The translations under genes and the position numbers were made by a program. The notes beneath the pieces are model-generated. The model did no database searches, was not told the origin of the DNA, and worked only from the letters and a program-made list of their open reading frames with translations. Below are positions 1-13,070 of a stretch of DNA of 64,000 nt, piece after piece. The number at the start of each line of letters is the position of its first letter. Positions within the stretch are counted from its first letter, which is position 1. This DNA comes from the human T2T-CHM13v2.0 reference genome, Homo sapiens: assembly GCF_009914755.1 (NCBI RefSeq), contig NC_060948.1; one strand, written 5' to 3'.

Positions 1-378
1 TCACCCAGGTTAAAGGCAGTTGAACAATATCAGCTCACATTTCGTTTCACCATAGCGTTCCATTCCATTCCATTCCTTTAAATTCCATTCCATTTCAGTC
101 CACTCCACTCCACTCCACTTCACCCCACTCCACTCCACTCCGCTTCATTCCTTCCCTTTCATTTCCACTCCAGTCCACAACACTCCAATCCACTCAACTT
201 CTTTCCATTCCATCCCATTCCATTCCACTCTAATCCACTGCACTCTACTCCACTCCTTTCCACTCCATTCCATTCCACTCCATCCCATTCCATTCACGCC
301 AATCCACTCCACTCCACTCCTTTCCACTCCACTACATTGCGTTCCTTTCCACTCTTTTTCATTCCATTCCTGTCTTTT

Positions 379-434
379 GACAGAATCTCACTTTTTCACC
401 CAGGCTGGAGTGCAGTGGCACAATCTCAGCTCAC
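379..434 (-). mobile_element. Representative Alu 3'-fragment cassette
   Basis: gacagaatctcactttttcacccaggctggagtgcagtggcacaatctcagctcac contains the diagnostic Alu core CCCAGGCTGGAGTGCAGTGGC. Confidence 0.92.
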
Positions 435-1899
435 ATTTCATTTTACCATTCCATGGCATTCCATTCCATTTCATTAATTTCCATTCCACTCCACTCCACT
501 CCACTCTGCTGCATTCCATTCCGTTCCATTCCATTCCATTCCATTCCATTCCATTCCATTCCATTCCGTTCCATTCCATTGCACTCCACTCTACTCCTCT
601 CCACTCCATCCCATTGCATCCCATCCCATTCCATGTCATTCCACTCTACTCCACTCCATTCCATTCCATCCCACTCCATTTCATTCTGTGCTTTTCTGTC
701 AACAAGATCTCACTCTGTCACATTGGCTGGAGTGCAGTCACAGAGTCTCAGGTCACATTTCATTCTACATTCCATTCCATTCCACTCCACTCCACTCCAC
801 ATCACTCCACTGCACTCCACTCCATTCAATCCCATTGCATTCCGCTCCATTCAACTCCACTTCACCGCACTCCACTCCACTTCGTTCCATTCCACTCCAC
901 CACCTTCCGTTCTACTCCACTACAATCCACTGCAGTGCACTACTCTCCATTCCATTCCATTCCACTCTATTCCATTCCATTCCTTTTCTTCTACAGGATA
1001 TCTCTCTGTCACTCAGGCTGGAGTGCAGTGGCACAATCTCAGCTCACATTTCCTTCACCATTCCATTCCATTCCATTCTGCTTCATTCCATTACATTACG
1101 TTCCATTTAATTCCAATCTATTGCACTGCACTCCTCTCCACACTACTCCATGCCATTCCATTCTATTACATTCCAGTTCAATCCACTCCATTTCACTACA
1201 TTCCACTCCAATTTTTTCCATTACATCCCGTTTCATTCCAGTTCCATTCGATTCCATTCCATTCCACTCCATTCCATTCCATTCCATTCCATTCCATTCC
1301 ATTCATCTCCATTTCATTCATCTCCATTCCACTCCATTCCATTCCATTCCATTCCATTCCATTCCATTCCATTCCATTCCATTCCATTCATCTCCATTCC
1401 ATTCCATTCCATTCCATTCCATTCCATTCCATTCCATTCCATTCCATTCCGTTCCATTCCATTCATCTCTATTCCATTCCATTCATTCCTTTTAACATCA
1501 TCTCACACTGTCACGGAGGCTGGAGTTCAGTGATAGAATCTCAGCTCACATTACATTTCACCATTCCATTCCATTCCATTCCATTCCTTTGTGTTCCATT
1601 CCACTCAACTGCACTGAATCCCACTCCATTCCACTCGCTTCAGTTCCATTCCATTCCATTCCATTTCATTCCATTCCATTCCATTCCACTCCATTCCAGT
1701 CCATTCCATTCCATTCCACTCCATTCCATTCCATTCCATTGCACTCCATCCCATTCCATTCAACTCTTTTCCACATGACTCCACTCCACTCCACTCCATT
1801 CCACAACACTCCAATCCACTCCATTCCATTCCTTTTCATTTGATCCCATTCCATTCCACTCTGTTCCACTCCACTCCACTCCTTTCCATTCCATTCCAT

Positions 1900-4800
1900 T
1901 CCATTCCACTCCATTCCATTCAATTCTTTCCTTCGACAGGATCTCACTCTGTCACACAGGCTGGAGTGCAGTGGCACAATCTCAGCTGACATTTCATTTC
2001 ACCATTCCATTCCTTTCCACTTTATTCCACTCCACTCCACTCAAGTTCACTTCACTCATTTCCATTCCTTTCCACTGCACTCCACTCCACTCCTCTACCC
2101 TGCATTCCATCCCCTTCCATTCCACTCCATTCCACTCCATTACACTCCACTCCACTCCACTCCATTCCATTCCATTCCATTCCATTCCAATACACTCCAG
2201 TGCATCACACACTTTTCATTCGACAATATCTCACTTTGTCTCCCAGGCTGGAATGCAGTGGCACAATCTCAGCTCACCTTACATTTAACCATTCCATTCC
2301 ATTCCATTACATTTCAGTGCATAACATTGTATTCCATTAGGTAACATTCCGTTCAGTTCTGTTCCACGCCACTCCATTCCACTCCACTCCACTCCAGTCC
2401 ACTCCAATCAACTTCATTCCATTCCATTCCATCCCATTTCACTCCATTCCAAACCACTCCACTCCACACCATTCCTTTCCACTCCATTCCTTTCCTTTCC
2501 ACTCCATTCCATTCTTTTCCACTCCATTCCATTCCATTCCATTCCATTCCATTCCATTCCATTCCATTCCATTCCATTCCATTAAACTCCTTTCTATTCC
2601 ATTGCCTACTTTCGACAGAATCTCACTCTTTGACACAGGCTTGATTTCAGTAGCACAATCTTACCTCACATTTCAGTTCACCATACCATTCCACTGCATT
2701 CCACTCCACTTCACTCCAGTCCACTCCACTCCACATCAGTCCACGCCATTCCACTCCATATCATTCCACTCCATTTCATTCCATTCCTTTGTTTCAACTG
2801 GATCTCACTCTGTCACTCGGGCTGGAATGCCGAGCCCCAATCTCAACTCACTTTTCATTAAACTGTTCCATTCCATTCTATTGCTTTCCATTCTATTCCA
2901 GTTCATTCCATTCCTTTACATTTAATTCCATTCCATTTCATTCTATTAAATTCCATTTCACTCCACTCCACTCCGTTGCATTCCATTCCACTCAACTACA
3001 CTCCACACCACTCCATTCCATTCCATCCCCTTCCACTCCACTCCACTCCATTCCTCCCAATCCCATTCCATTCCACTCTCTTCCAGTCCACTCCACTCCA
3101 CTCCACTCCACTACAATCCATTCCATTCCATTACACTCCATTCCTCTCTCTGCCATTCCACTCTGTTCTTTCGACAGGATCTCACTTTATCACCAAGGCT
3201 GGAGTAACGTGGCATAAACTCAGCTCGCATTTCATTTCAACATTCCATTGCATTCCATTACAATGCATTCCACTCCATTCCACTTCATTCCATTCCATTC
3301 CACTCCACTCCACTCCACTCGGCCTCATTGCATTCCATTCCATTTCACTCCATTCCACGCCAATCTACTCCACTCCCCTCCACTCCATTGTATTCCACTG
3401 CACTCCCTTCCATTCCATTCCTTTCTTTCAACAGGATCTCACTCTGTCACTCAGGATGGAGTGCAGTGGCAAAACCTCAGCTCACATTTCGTTTCACCAT
3501 TCCTTTCCGTTCCATTTAATTCCATTCCATTACCCTCCACTCCACTCCAGTCCACTCCACTCTGCTCCATTCCACTCCAGTCCACTCCACTCCAATCTAG
3601 CACAATCCACTCTATTCCACTCAATCCCTTTCCATTCCATGGAATTCCAATCCACTCCACTCCACTCCTCTCCATTGCATTCCATCATATTCTATTCCAC
3701 TCCATTGCAGTCCACTCCACTCCACTCCTCTCCACTCCACTCCATTCCATTCCATTCCTTTCCTTTCCATTCCATTTTGCTCCATTCTCTTACATTCCAT
3801 TCCATTTATTTCCAATCCATTGCACTGCACTGCTCTCCACTCCACTCCATGTCATTCCAGTCCATTCCACTCCATTCCAAAACACTCCAATCCAATTTGT
3901 TCCATTACATCCCGTTTCATTTCACTCCATTCCACTCCTCTCCCCTCTATTCCATTCCACTCCTCTCCACTCTATTCCACTCGATTCCATTCCATTCTTT
4001 TCCATTCCATTCCATTCCATTCCACTCCAATCTACTCCGCTCCATCCCATTTAATTCCACTCCAATCCACTCCAGTCCACTCCATTCCGTGCCATTCCAT
4101 CCAATTCCGTTCTATTTTGTTCCATTCCATTCAATTCCAGTCCATTACTTTGAATTCTTTTCTTTTGAAATGATTTCACTCATTCACACAGGCTGGAGTG
4201 CAGTGGGAATATCTGAGCTCACACTTCATTTTACCATTCCATTGCACTCCATTCCACTTCACTCCACTCCACCCCACTCCACTCCGTTCCATACCATTCC
4301 ATCCCAATCCATTCCATTCCACTCCACTCCATTCCATTCCACTCCATCCCATTTCATTCCACACCACAACACTCCACTACACCCCACTCACTGCCATTCC
4401 ATGCCATTTCACTCCATTCCATTTGATTCCCTTCCACTCCATTGCATTACATTCCTTTATTTCGACAGTATTTCACTCTGTCACACAGGCAGGAATGCAG
4501 TGGTACAATCTCAGCTCACATTTCATTTCACCATTTCATTTCACTCCATACCACTCCACTCCACTACACCACACTCCACTCCACTCCATGAAATCCCAAT
4601 CCATTCCATTCCACTCCATTCCATTCCATTCCTTTGCTTTCTTTCGACAGGATCTCACTCTGTCACGCAGGGTGGAGTGCAGTGGCACAATTTCAGCTCA
4701 CATTTCATTTCAATATTCCATCTCCTTCCATTCCATTCCACTCTACTCCACTCCACTTCAGTCCACTCCACTCCACTCCCCTCTATTTCATTTTGTTCCA

Positions 4801-7800
4801 TTCCATTCCACTCCTTTCCTTTCCTTTCTTTTGACAGGATCTCACTCTATCAAACAGGCTGGAGTGTAGAGGCATAATCTCACCTCAAATTTCACTTCAC
4901 CCTTCCATTCCATTCCGTTCCATTCCATTCCATTCCACTCCATCCCATTCCATTCAACTCCTTTCCACACGACTCCCCTCCACTCCACTCCATTCCACAA
5001 CACTCCACTCCACTGCAATCCACTCGATTCCATTCCATTCCATTTCATTTGAATCCATTCCATTCCACTCTATTCCACTCCACTCCTCTCCACTCCATTC
5101 CATTCCATTCGATTCAATTCCACTCCATTACATTCCATTCTTTCTTTTGAAAGGATCTCACTCTGTCACACAGGCTGGAGTGCAGTGGCACAATCTCAGC
5201 TTACCTTTCATTTCACCATTCTATTCCACTTTATTCAACTCCACTCCACTCAAGTCCACTTCACTCATTTCCATTCCATTCCACTGCACTCCAATCCACT
5301 CCTCTACCCTGCATTCCATCCCCTTCCATTCCACTCCTTTCCACTCCATTCCACTCCACTCCACACCATTCCACTCCATTCCATTCCATTCCATTCCACT
5401 CCATTCCATTCCATTCCATTCCATTCCATTCCATTCCATTCCATTCCATTCCATTCCATTCCATTCCATTGCACCCCATTCCATTCCATTCCATTCCATT
5501 GCACTCCATTACATCACATACTTTTCTTTCGACAATATCTCACTTTGTCCCCCGGGCAGGAATGCAGTAGCACTATCTCAGCTCACCTTTCACTTAACCA
5601 TTCCATTCCATTACATTACATTTCAGTACATAACATTCTATTCCATTACGTAACATTCCGTTCAGTTCCATTCTACTGAACTCCATTCCACTCCACTCCA
5701 CTCCAGTCCACTCCAATCCACTTCATTCCATTCCATTCCATTCCACTCCATTCCACTCCACTCCACTCCACTCCACTCCATTCTATTCCACTCTATTCTA
5801 TTCCAATCCATTTTTTTCCATTCCACTCCATTCCATTCCACTCCATTCCATTACATTCCATTAAACTCCTTTCTATTCCATTGCCTACTTTCGACAGAAT
5901 CTCGCTCTGTGACACAGGCTTGATTTCAGTAGCACAATCTCATCTCACATTTCATTTCACCATACCATTCCACTGCATTCCACTCCACTCCACTCCACAG
6001 CAGTCCACGCCATTCCACTCCATATCATTCCACTCCATTTCATTCCATTCATTTGTTTCAACAGTACCTCACTCTGTTACCTGGGCTGGAGTGCAGAGGC
6101 CCAACCTCAACTCACATTTCATTAAACTGTCCCATTCCATTCCATTCCATTCCATTCCATTCCATTCCATTCCATTCCATTCCATTCCATTCCATTGCAT
6201 TCCATTCCATTCCATTAAATTCCATTCCATTTCATGCTATTATATTCCATTCTACTCCACTCCACTCCATTCCATTCCACTCAACTCTACTCCACTCCAC
6301 TCCAGTCCACTTCATTCCATTCCATCCCATTCCACTCCCCTCCACTCCATTCCTCCCAAATCCCCTTCCAATCCATTCCAATCCACTCCGCTCCACTCCA
6401 CTCCACTCCACTCCATTCCATTCCATTCCATTACACTCCATTCCTCTCCTTGCCATTCCACTCCGTTCTTTTCACAGGATCTCACTTTGTCACCAAGGCT
6501 GGAGTAACATGGCATAATCTCAGCTCACATTTCATTTCAACATTCTATTGTAGTCCATTACAATGCATTCCATTCCATTCTATTTCATTCCATTCCATTC
6601 CACTCCACTCCACTCTGCTGCATTCCATTCCATTCCATTTCACTCCGTTCCTCGCCAATCTACCCCACTCCTCTCCACTCCATTGTATTCCATTCCACTC
6701 CCTTCCATTGCATTCCTATCTTTCAACAGGATCTCACTCTGTCATCCAGGATGGAGTGCAGTGGCAAAATCTCAGCTCACATTTCCTTTCACCAATCCTT
6801 TCCATTCCATTAAATTCCATTCCTTTCCCCTCCATTCCACTCCAGTCCACTCCACTCCGCTCCATTCCACTCCAGTCCACTCCACTCCAATCTAGCACAA
6901 TCCACTCTATTCCACTCAATCCCTTTCCATTCCACGGAATTACAATCCAGTCCACTCCACTCCACTCCTCTCCATTGCATTCCATCATATTCTATTCCAT
7001 TCCATTGCAGTCCACTCCACTCCACTCCTCTCCACTCCATTCCATTACATTCCATTCCTCTCCATTCCATTCCACTCCAATCCACACCACTCCACACGAC
7101 TCCCTTCCACTCCATTCCATTCCACTCCACTACATTCCATTCGATTCCACTCCATTCCATTCCATTCCACTCCATTCCATTCCATTCCATTCCATTCCAT
7201 TCCATTCCATTCCACTCCTTTGCATTCCATTCCTTTCTTTTGACAGGATCTCACTCTGTCACCCTGGCTCATGTGCTCCATTCCCCTCCATTCCATTCCA
7301 TTCCATTCCATTCCATTCCATTCCATTCCATTCCATTCCTTTGCATTCCATTCCTTTCTTTTGACAGAATCTCACTCTGTCACCCTGGCTCATGTGCAGT
7401 GGCATAATCTCAGCTCACATTACATTTCACCATTGGATTCAATTCCATTTCCTTCCATTCCGTTCCATTCCGCTCCAATCCACTCCACTCCAGTTCATTC
7501 CATTCCACTCCATCCCATTTCATTCCAATCCAATCCCCTCCAGTCCACTCCATTCCATGCCATTCCTTCCAATTCCATTCTACTGTGTCCCATTCCAATC
7601 CATTCTAGTCCATTCCATTCAATTCTTTTCTTTTGAAATGATCTCACTCATTCACACAGGCTGGAGTGCAGTGGGAATATCTGAGCTCACACTTCATTCC
7701 ATTCCATTCCATTTGATTCCATTTACCTCCATTGCATTCCATTCCTTTATTTCCACAGTATCTCACTCTGTCACACAGGCAGGAGTGCAGTGGCACAATC

Positions 7801-8200
7801 TCAGCACACATTTCGTTTCACCGTTGCATTTCACTCCATTCCACTCTATTCCACCACACCAGACTCCACTCCACTCCACTCCACTCCATTCCATTAAATC
7901 CCAATCCATTCCATTCCACTCCACTCCATTCCATTCCTTTGTTTTCTTTCGACAGGATCTCACTCTGTCACGCAGGGTGGAGTGCAGTGGCACAATCTCA
8001 GCTGACATTTCATTTCAATATTCCATCCCATTCCATACCATTCCACTCTACTCCACTCCACTCCACTCTATTCCATTCCGTTCCATTCCACTCCACTCCT
8101 TTCCATTCCTTTCCTTTCTTTTGACAGGATCTCACTCTATCAAACAGGCTGGAGTGTAGTGGCACAATCTCACCTCAAATTTCACTTCACCCTTCCGTTC
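1900..8200 (+). repeat. Two tandem copies of a ~3.2-3.3 kb higher-order unit (10-11 cassettes each)
   Basis: Same ordered cassette variants at 1935/5149, 2222/5531, 2614/5893, 2796/6060, 3173/6473, 3430/6725, 4167/7635, 4464/7754, 4646/7951 and 4833/8123. Confidence 0.88.
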
Positions 8201-8599
8201 CGTTCCGTTCCATTCCATTCCATTCCATTCCATTCCATTCCATTCCATTCCATTCCATTATACTCCATTCCACTCATCTCCACTCCATTGCTTTCCATTC
8301 CACTCCACTTCACTCCACTCCTTTCCACTCCACTACATTACATCCCATTCTGTCCCACTCCATTCCACTCCACTCCACTCCAATCTACTCAATTCCATTT
8401 CATTACGTCACATTCCATTCCGTTCCATTCCACTCCACTCCAATCCACTCAACTGAACTTTCTATTCCATTCCATTCCATTCTATTCCACTCCACTCAAT
8501 CCAATTCACTCCATTCCATTCCATCCCGTTTCATTCCACTCCACTCCACACCACTCCACTCCACTCCATTCCATGCCATTCCATCCAATTCCATTCTAT

Positions 8600-11500
8600 T
8601 CCGTTCAATTCCAATCCATTCCTGTCCATTCCATTCATTTCGTTTCTTTTTAAATGATCTCCCTCAGTCACACGGGCTGGAGTTCGGTGGGAAAATCTGA
8701 GCTTCATTTCATTTCACCATTCCATTGCACTCCATTCTACTCCATTCCACTCCACCCCACTCCACTCCATTCCATTCCATTCCATCCCAATCCATTACAT
8801 TCCACTCCATTTCATTCCTTTCTTTTCTTTCATAAGGATATCAGTCTTTCACGCAGGGTGAAGTGGAGTGGCACAATCTCAGTTCACATTTTATTTCAAC
8901 TTTCCACTCTGTAGCATTCCATTGCAGTCCGTTTCTTTCCATTCCTTTATTTTACAGTATCTCACTCTGTCACTCCGGGTGGAGTGCAGTCGCATAATCT
9001 CAGCTCACATTACATTTCAGCATTGCATTCCATTCCATTCCACTCTATTCCATTCCATTCGTTTCCATTCAATTCCGCTCTACTCCACTCCACTGCATTT
9101 CATTTCATACCATTCCATTCCACTCCACTTCACTCTAATCCACTCAATTCCATTCCATCCCATGACATTCCTCTCCACTAAACTCCACTCCATTCCATTC
9201 CCCTCCATCCCGTTTCATTCCACACAACTACACTCCACTACACTCCATTTCCTGCCATTCCACCTCATTTCATTCCACTCCAATCCATTCCATTTGATTC
9301 CATTCCACTCCATTGCATTACATTCCTTTTTTTTTCCGACAGTATCTCACTCGGTCACACAGGCTGTTGTGCAGTGGCACAATCTCAGCTCACAATTCAT
9401 TTCACCATTTCATTTCACTCCATACCACTCTACTACACTGCACCACAATCCACTCCACTCCACTCCACTCCTTCCACTCCATTTAATCCAAATCCATTCC
9501 ATTCCACTCCATTCCATTCCATTCCTTTGCTTTCTTTCAATAGGATCTCACTCTGTCACACAGGGTGGAGTGTAGTGGCATAATCTCAGCTCACATTTCA
9601 TTTCAATATTCCATCCCATTCCATTCCATTCCACTCCACTCCCCTCCACTCCAGTCCACTCCACTCCATTGCACTGTATTCCATCCCAGTCCATTCCACT
9701 CCATTCTACACCACTCCACTCCACTCCATTGCATTACATTCCAATCAATTCCATTCCATCCCACTCCATCCCATTCCATTCCATTCCATTCCATTCCATT
9801 CCATTCCACTCCACTCCACTCCACTCCAATCCATTCCATCTCATTGCATTCCACTCCACTCCATTCCATGCCATTCCATCGAATTCCATTCTATTCCGTT
9901 CCATTCCAGTCCATTCCTGTCCATTCCATTCAATTCGTTTCTTTTGAAATGATCTCAGTCACACTGGCTGGAGTGCAGTGGGAAAATCTGAGCTCACATT
10001 TCATTTCACCATTCCACTGTACTCCATTCCACTCCACTCTACTCCATCCCACTCCACTCCATTCCACTCCATTCCATCCCAATCCATTCCATTCCACTCC
10101 ATTCCATTCCTTTCCTTTCGTCAGAATATCACTCTTTCACGCAGGGTGTAGTGCAGTGGCACAATCTCAGTTCACATTTCATTTCAACTTTCTACTCCAT
10201 AGCATTCCATTGCAGTCCCTTTCTTTCCATTCCTTTCTTTTGACAGGATCTCACTCTGTCACTCAGGGTGGAGTGCAGTCGTATAATCTCAGCTCACATT
10301 ACATTTCATCATGGCATTCCATTCCATTCCACTCGTTTTGTCTCCATTTCACTCTACTCCACTCCACTCCACTGCACTCCTTTTCATACCATTCCATTCC
10401 ACTCCACTTCACTCTAATCCACTCAATTCCATTCTATCCCATTCCATTCCGCTCTACTCCACTCCACTCCACTACACTCCATTCCATTCCACTCTATCCC
10501 GTTTCATTCCACACTATTACGCTCCACTACACTCCATTTCCTGCCATTCCACCCCATTTCATTCCTTTCCATTCCTGTCCATTTGATTCCATTCCACTCC
10601 ACTGCATTCCATTCCTTTTTTTCAACAGTATCTCACTCGGTTACACAGGCTGGTGTGCAGTGGCAGAATCTCAGCTCACAAAACATTTCACCATTTCATT
10701 TCCCTCCATACCACTCCACTACACTACACCACACCCCACTCCACTCCACTCCACTCCATTAAATCCAAATCCATTCCATTCCACTCCATTCCACTCCATT
10801 CCTTTGCTTTCTTTCAATAGGATCTAACTCTGTCACGCAGGGTGGAGTGCAGTGGTACAATCTCAGCTCACATTTCATTTCAATATTCCTTCCCATTCCA
10901 TTCCATTCCATTCCACTCCACTCCACTCCTCTCCACTGCACTCCATTGCATTTTATTCCATCCCAGTCCATTCCACTCTATTCTACACCACTCCACTCCA
11001 TTGCGTTACATTCCAACTGATTCCATTCCATCCCACTCCATCGAATTCCATTCCACTCCATTCCATTCCATTCCATTCCGTTCCATTCCAGTCCACTCCA
11101 CTCCACTCCAAATCACTCCAATCCATTCCATCCCATTTCATTCCACTCCACTCCATTCCATTCAATTCAATCCAATTCCATTTTATTCCATTCCATTCAA
11201 TTTGTTTCTTTTGAAAGGATCTCAGTCAGTCACACTGGCTGGAGTGCAGTGGGAAAATTTGAGCTTACATTTCATTTCACAATTCCATTACACTCCATTC
11301 CACTCCACTCCAACCCACTCCACTCCATTCCACTCCATTCCATCCGAATCCATTCCATTCCACTGCATTCCTTTCCTTTCCTTTCTTTCATCAGGATAGC
11401 ACTCTTTCACGCAGGGTGGAGTGCAGTGGCACAATCTCAGTTCACATTTCATTTCAACTTTCCACTCCACAGCATTCCATTGCAGTCCGTTTCTTTCCAT

Positions 11501-13070
11501 TCCTTTCTTTTGACAGGATCTCACTCTGTCACTCTGGGTGGAGTGCAGTCGCATAATCTCAGCTTACATTACATTTCAGGATTGCGTTCCATTGCATTCC
11601 ACTCCATTCCATTCCATTCCATTCCATTCCATTCCATTCCATTCCATTCCATTCCTTTCCACTCTACTCCACTCCACTGCCCTCCATTTCATACCATTCC
11701 ATTCTACTCCACTCCACTCTAATCCACTCAATTCCAATCCATTCCATTCCATTCCACTCCACTCCACTCTATTCCATTCCACTCCATCCCATTTCATTCC
11801 AACCACTCCACTTCACTACACTCCATTCTGGGACATTCCATCCCATTTCATTCCATTCCATTTGATTCCATTCCACTCCATTGCATTCCATTCCTTTTTT
11901 TCGACAGTATCTCACCCTGTCACACAGGCTGGGGTGCAGTGGCACAATCTCAGCTCACATTTCATTTCCCTCAGTACTATTCCATTCCACTTCACCACAC
12001 TCCACTCCACTCCACTCCATTAAATCCCAGTCCATTCCATTCCACTCCATTCCATTCCATTCCTTTGCTTTCTTTCGATAGGATCTCACTCTGTCACACA
12101 GGGTGGAGTGCAGTGGCACAATCTCAGCTCACATTTCATTTCAATATTCCTTCCCATTCCATTCCATTCCACTCCACTCCACTCCTCTCCACTCCACTCC
12201 ACTCCATTGCATTTTATTCCATCCCAGTCCATTCCACTCCATTCTACACCACTCCACTCCACTCCATTGCATCACATTCCAACTGATTCCATTCCATGCC
12301 ACTCCATCGAATTCCATTCCACTCTATTCCATTCCATTCCATTCCATTCCATTCCATTCCTTTCCATTCCATTCCATTCCATTCCTTTCCATTCCATTCC
12401 ATTCCATTCCGCTCCATTCCAGTCCACTCCACCCCACTCCAATTCACTCCAATCCATTCCATCCCATTTCATTCCACTCCACTCTATTCCATTCAATTCA
12501 ATCCAGTTCCATTTTATTCCATTCCATTCAATTTTTTTCTTTTGAAAGGATCTCACTGAGTCACACTGGCTGGAGTGCAGTGGGAAAATTTGAGCTTACA
12601 TTTCATTTCACAATTCCATTACACTCCATTCCACTCCACTCCAACCCACTCCACTCCATTCCACTCCATTCCATCCGAATCTATTCCATTCCACTGCATT
12701 CCATTCCTTTCCTTTCTTTCATCAGGATAGCACTCTTTCACGCTGGGTGGAGTGCAGTGGCACAATCTCAGTTCACATTTCATTTCAACTTTCCACTCCA
12801 CAACATTCCATTGCAGTCCGTTTCTTTCCATTCCTTTCTTTTGACAGGATCTCACTCTGTCACTCTGGGTGGAGTGCAGTCGCATAATCTCAGCTTACAT
12901 TACATTTCTGGACTGCGTTCCACTCCACTCCATTCCATTCCATTCCATTCAATTCCATTCCATTCCATTCCATTCCATTCCTTTCCACTCTACTCCACTT
13001 CAATGCCCTCCATTTCATACCATTCCATTCTACTCCACTCCACTCTAATCCACTCAATTCCAATCAATTC
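8600..13070 (+). repeat. ~3.5 tandem copies of a ~1.3 kb five-cassette higher-order unit
   Basis: The 'gtgggaaaat' cassette occurs at 8651, 9946, 11213 and 12544. The 'cagtcg(c/t)ataatc' cassette occurs at 8953, 10242, 11512 and 12843. The linker 'agcattccattgcagtcc' (one copy 'aacattcc...') repeats in phase. Confidence 0.88.
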
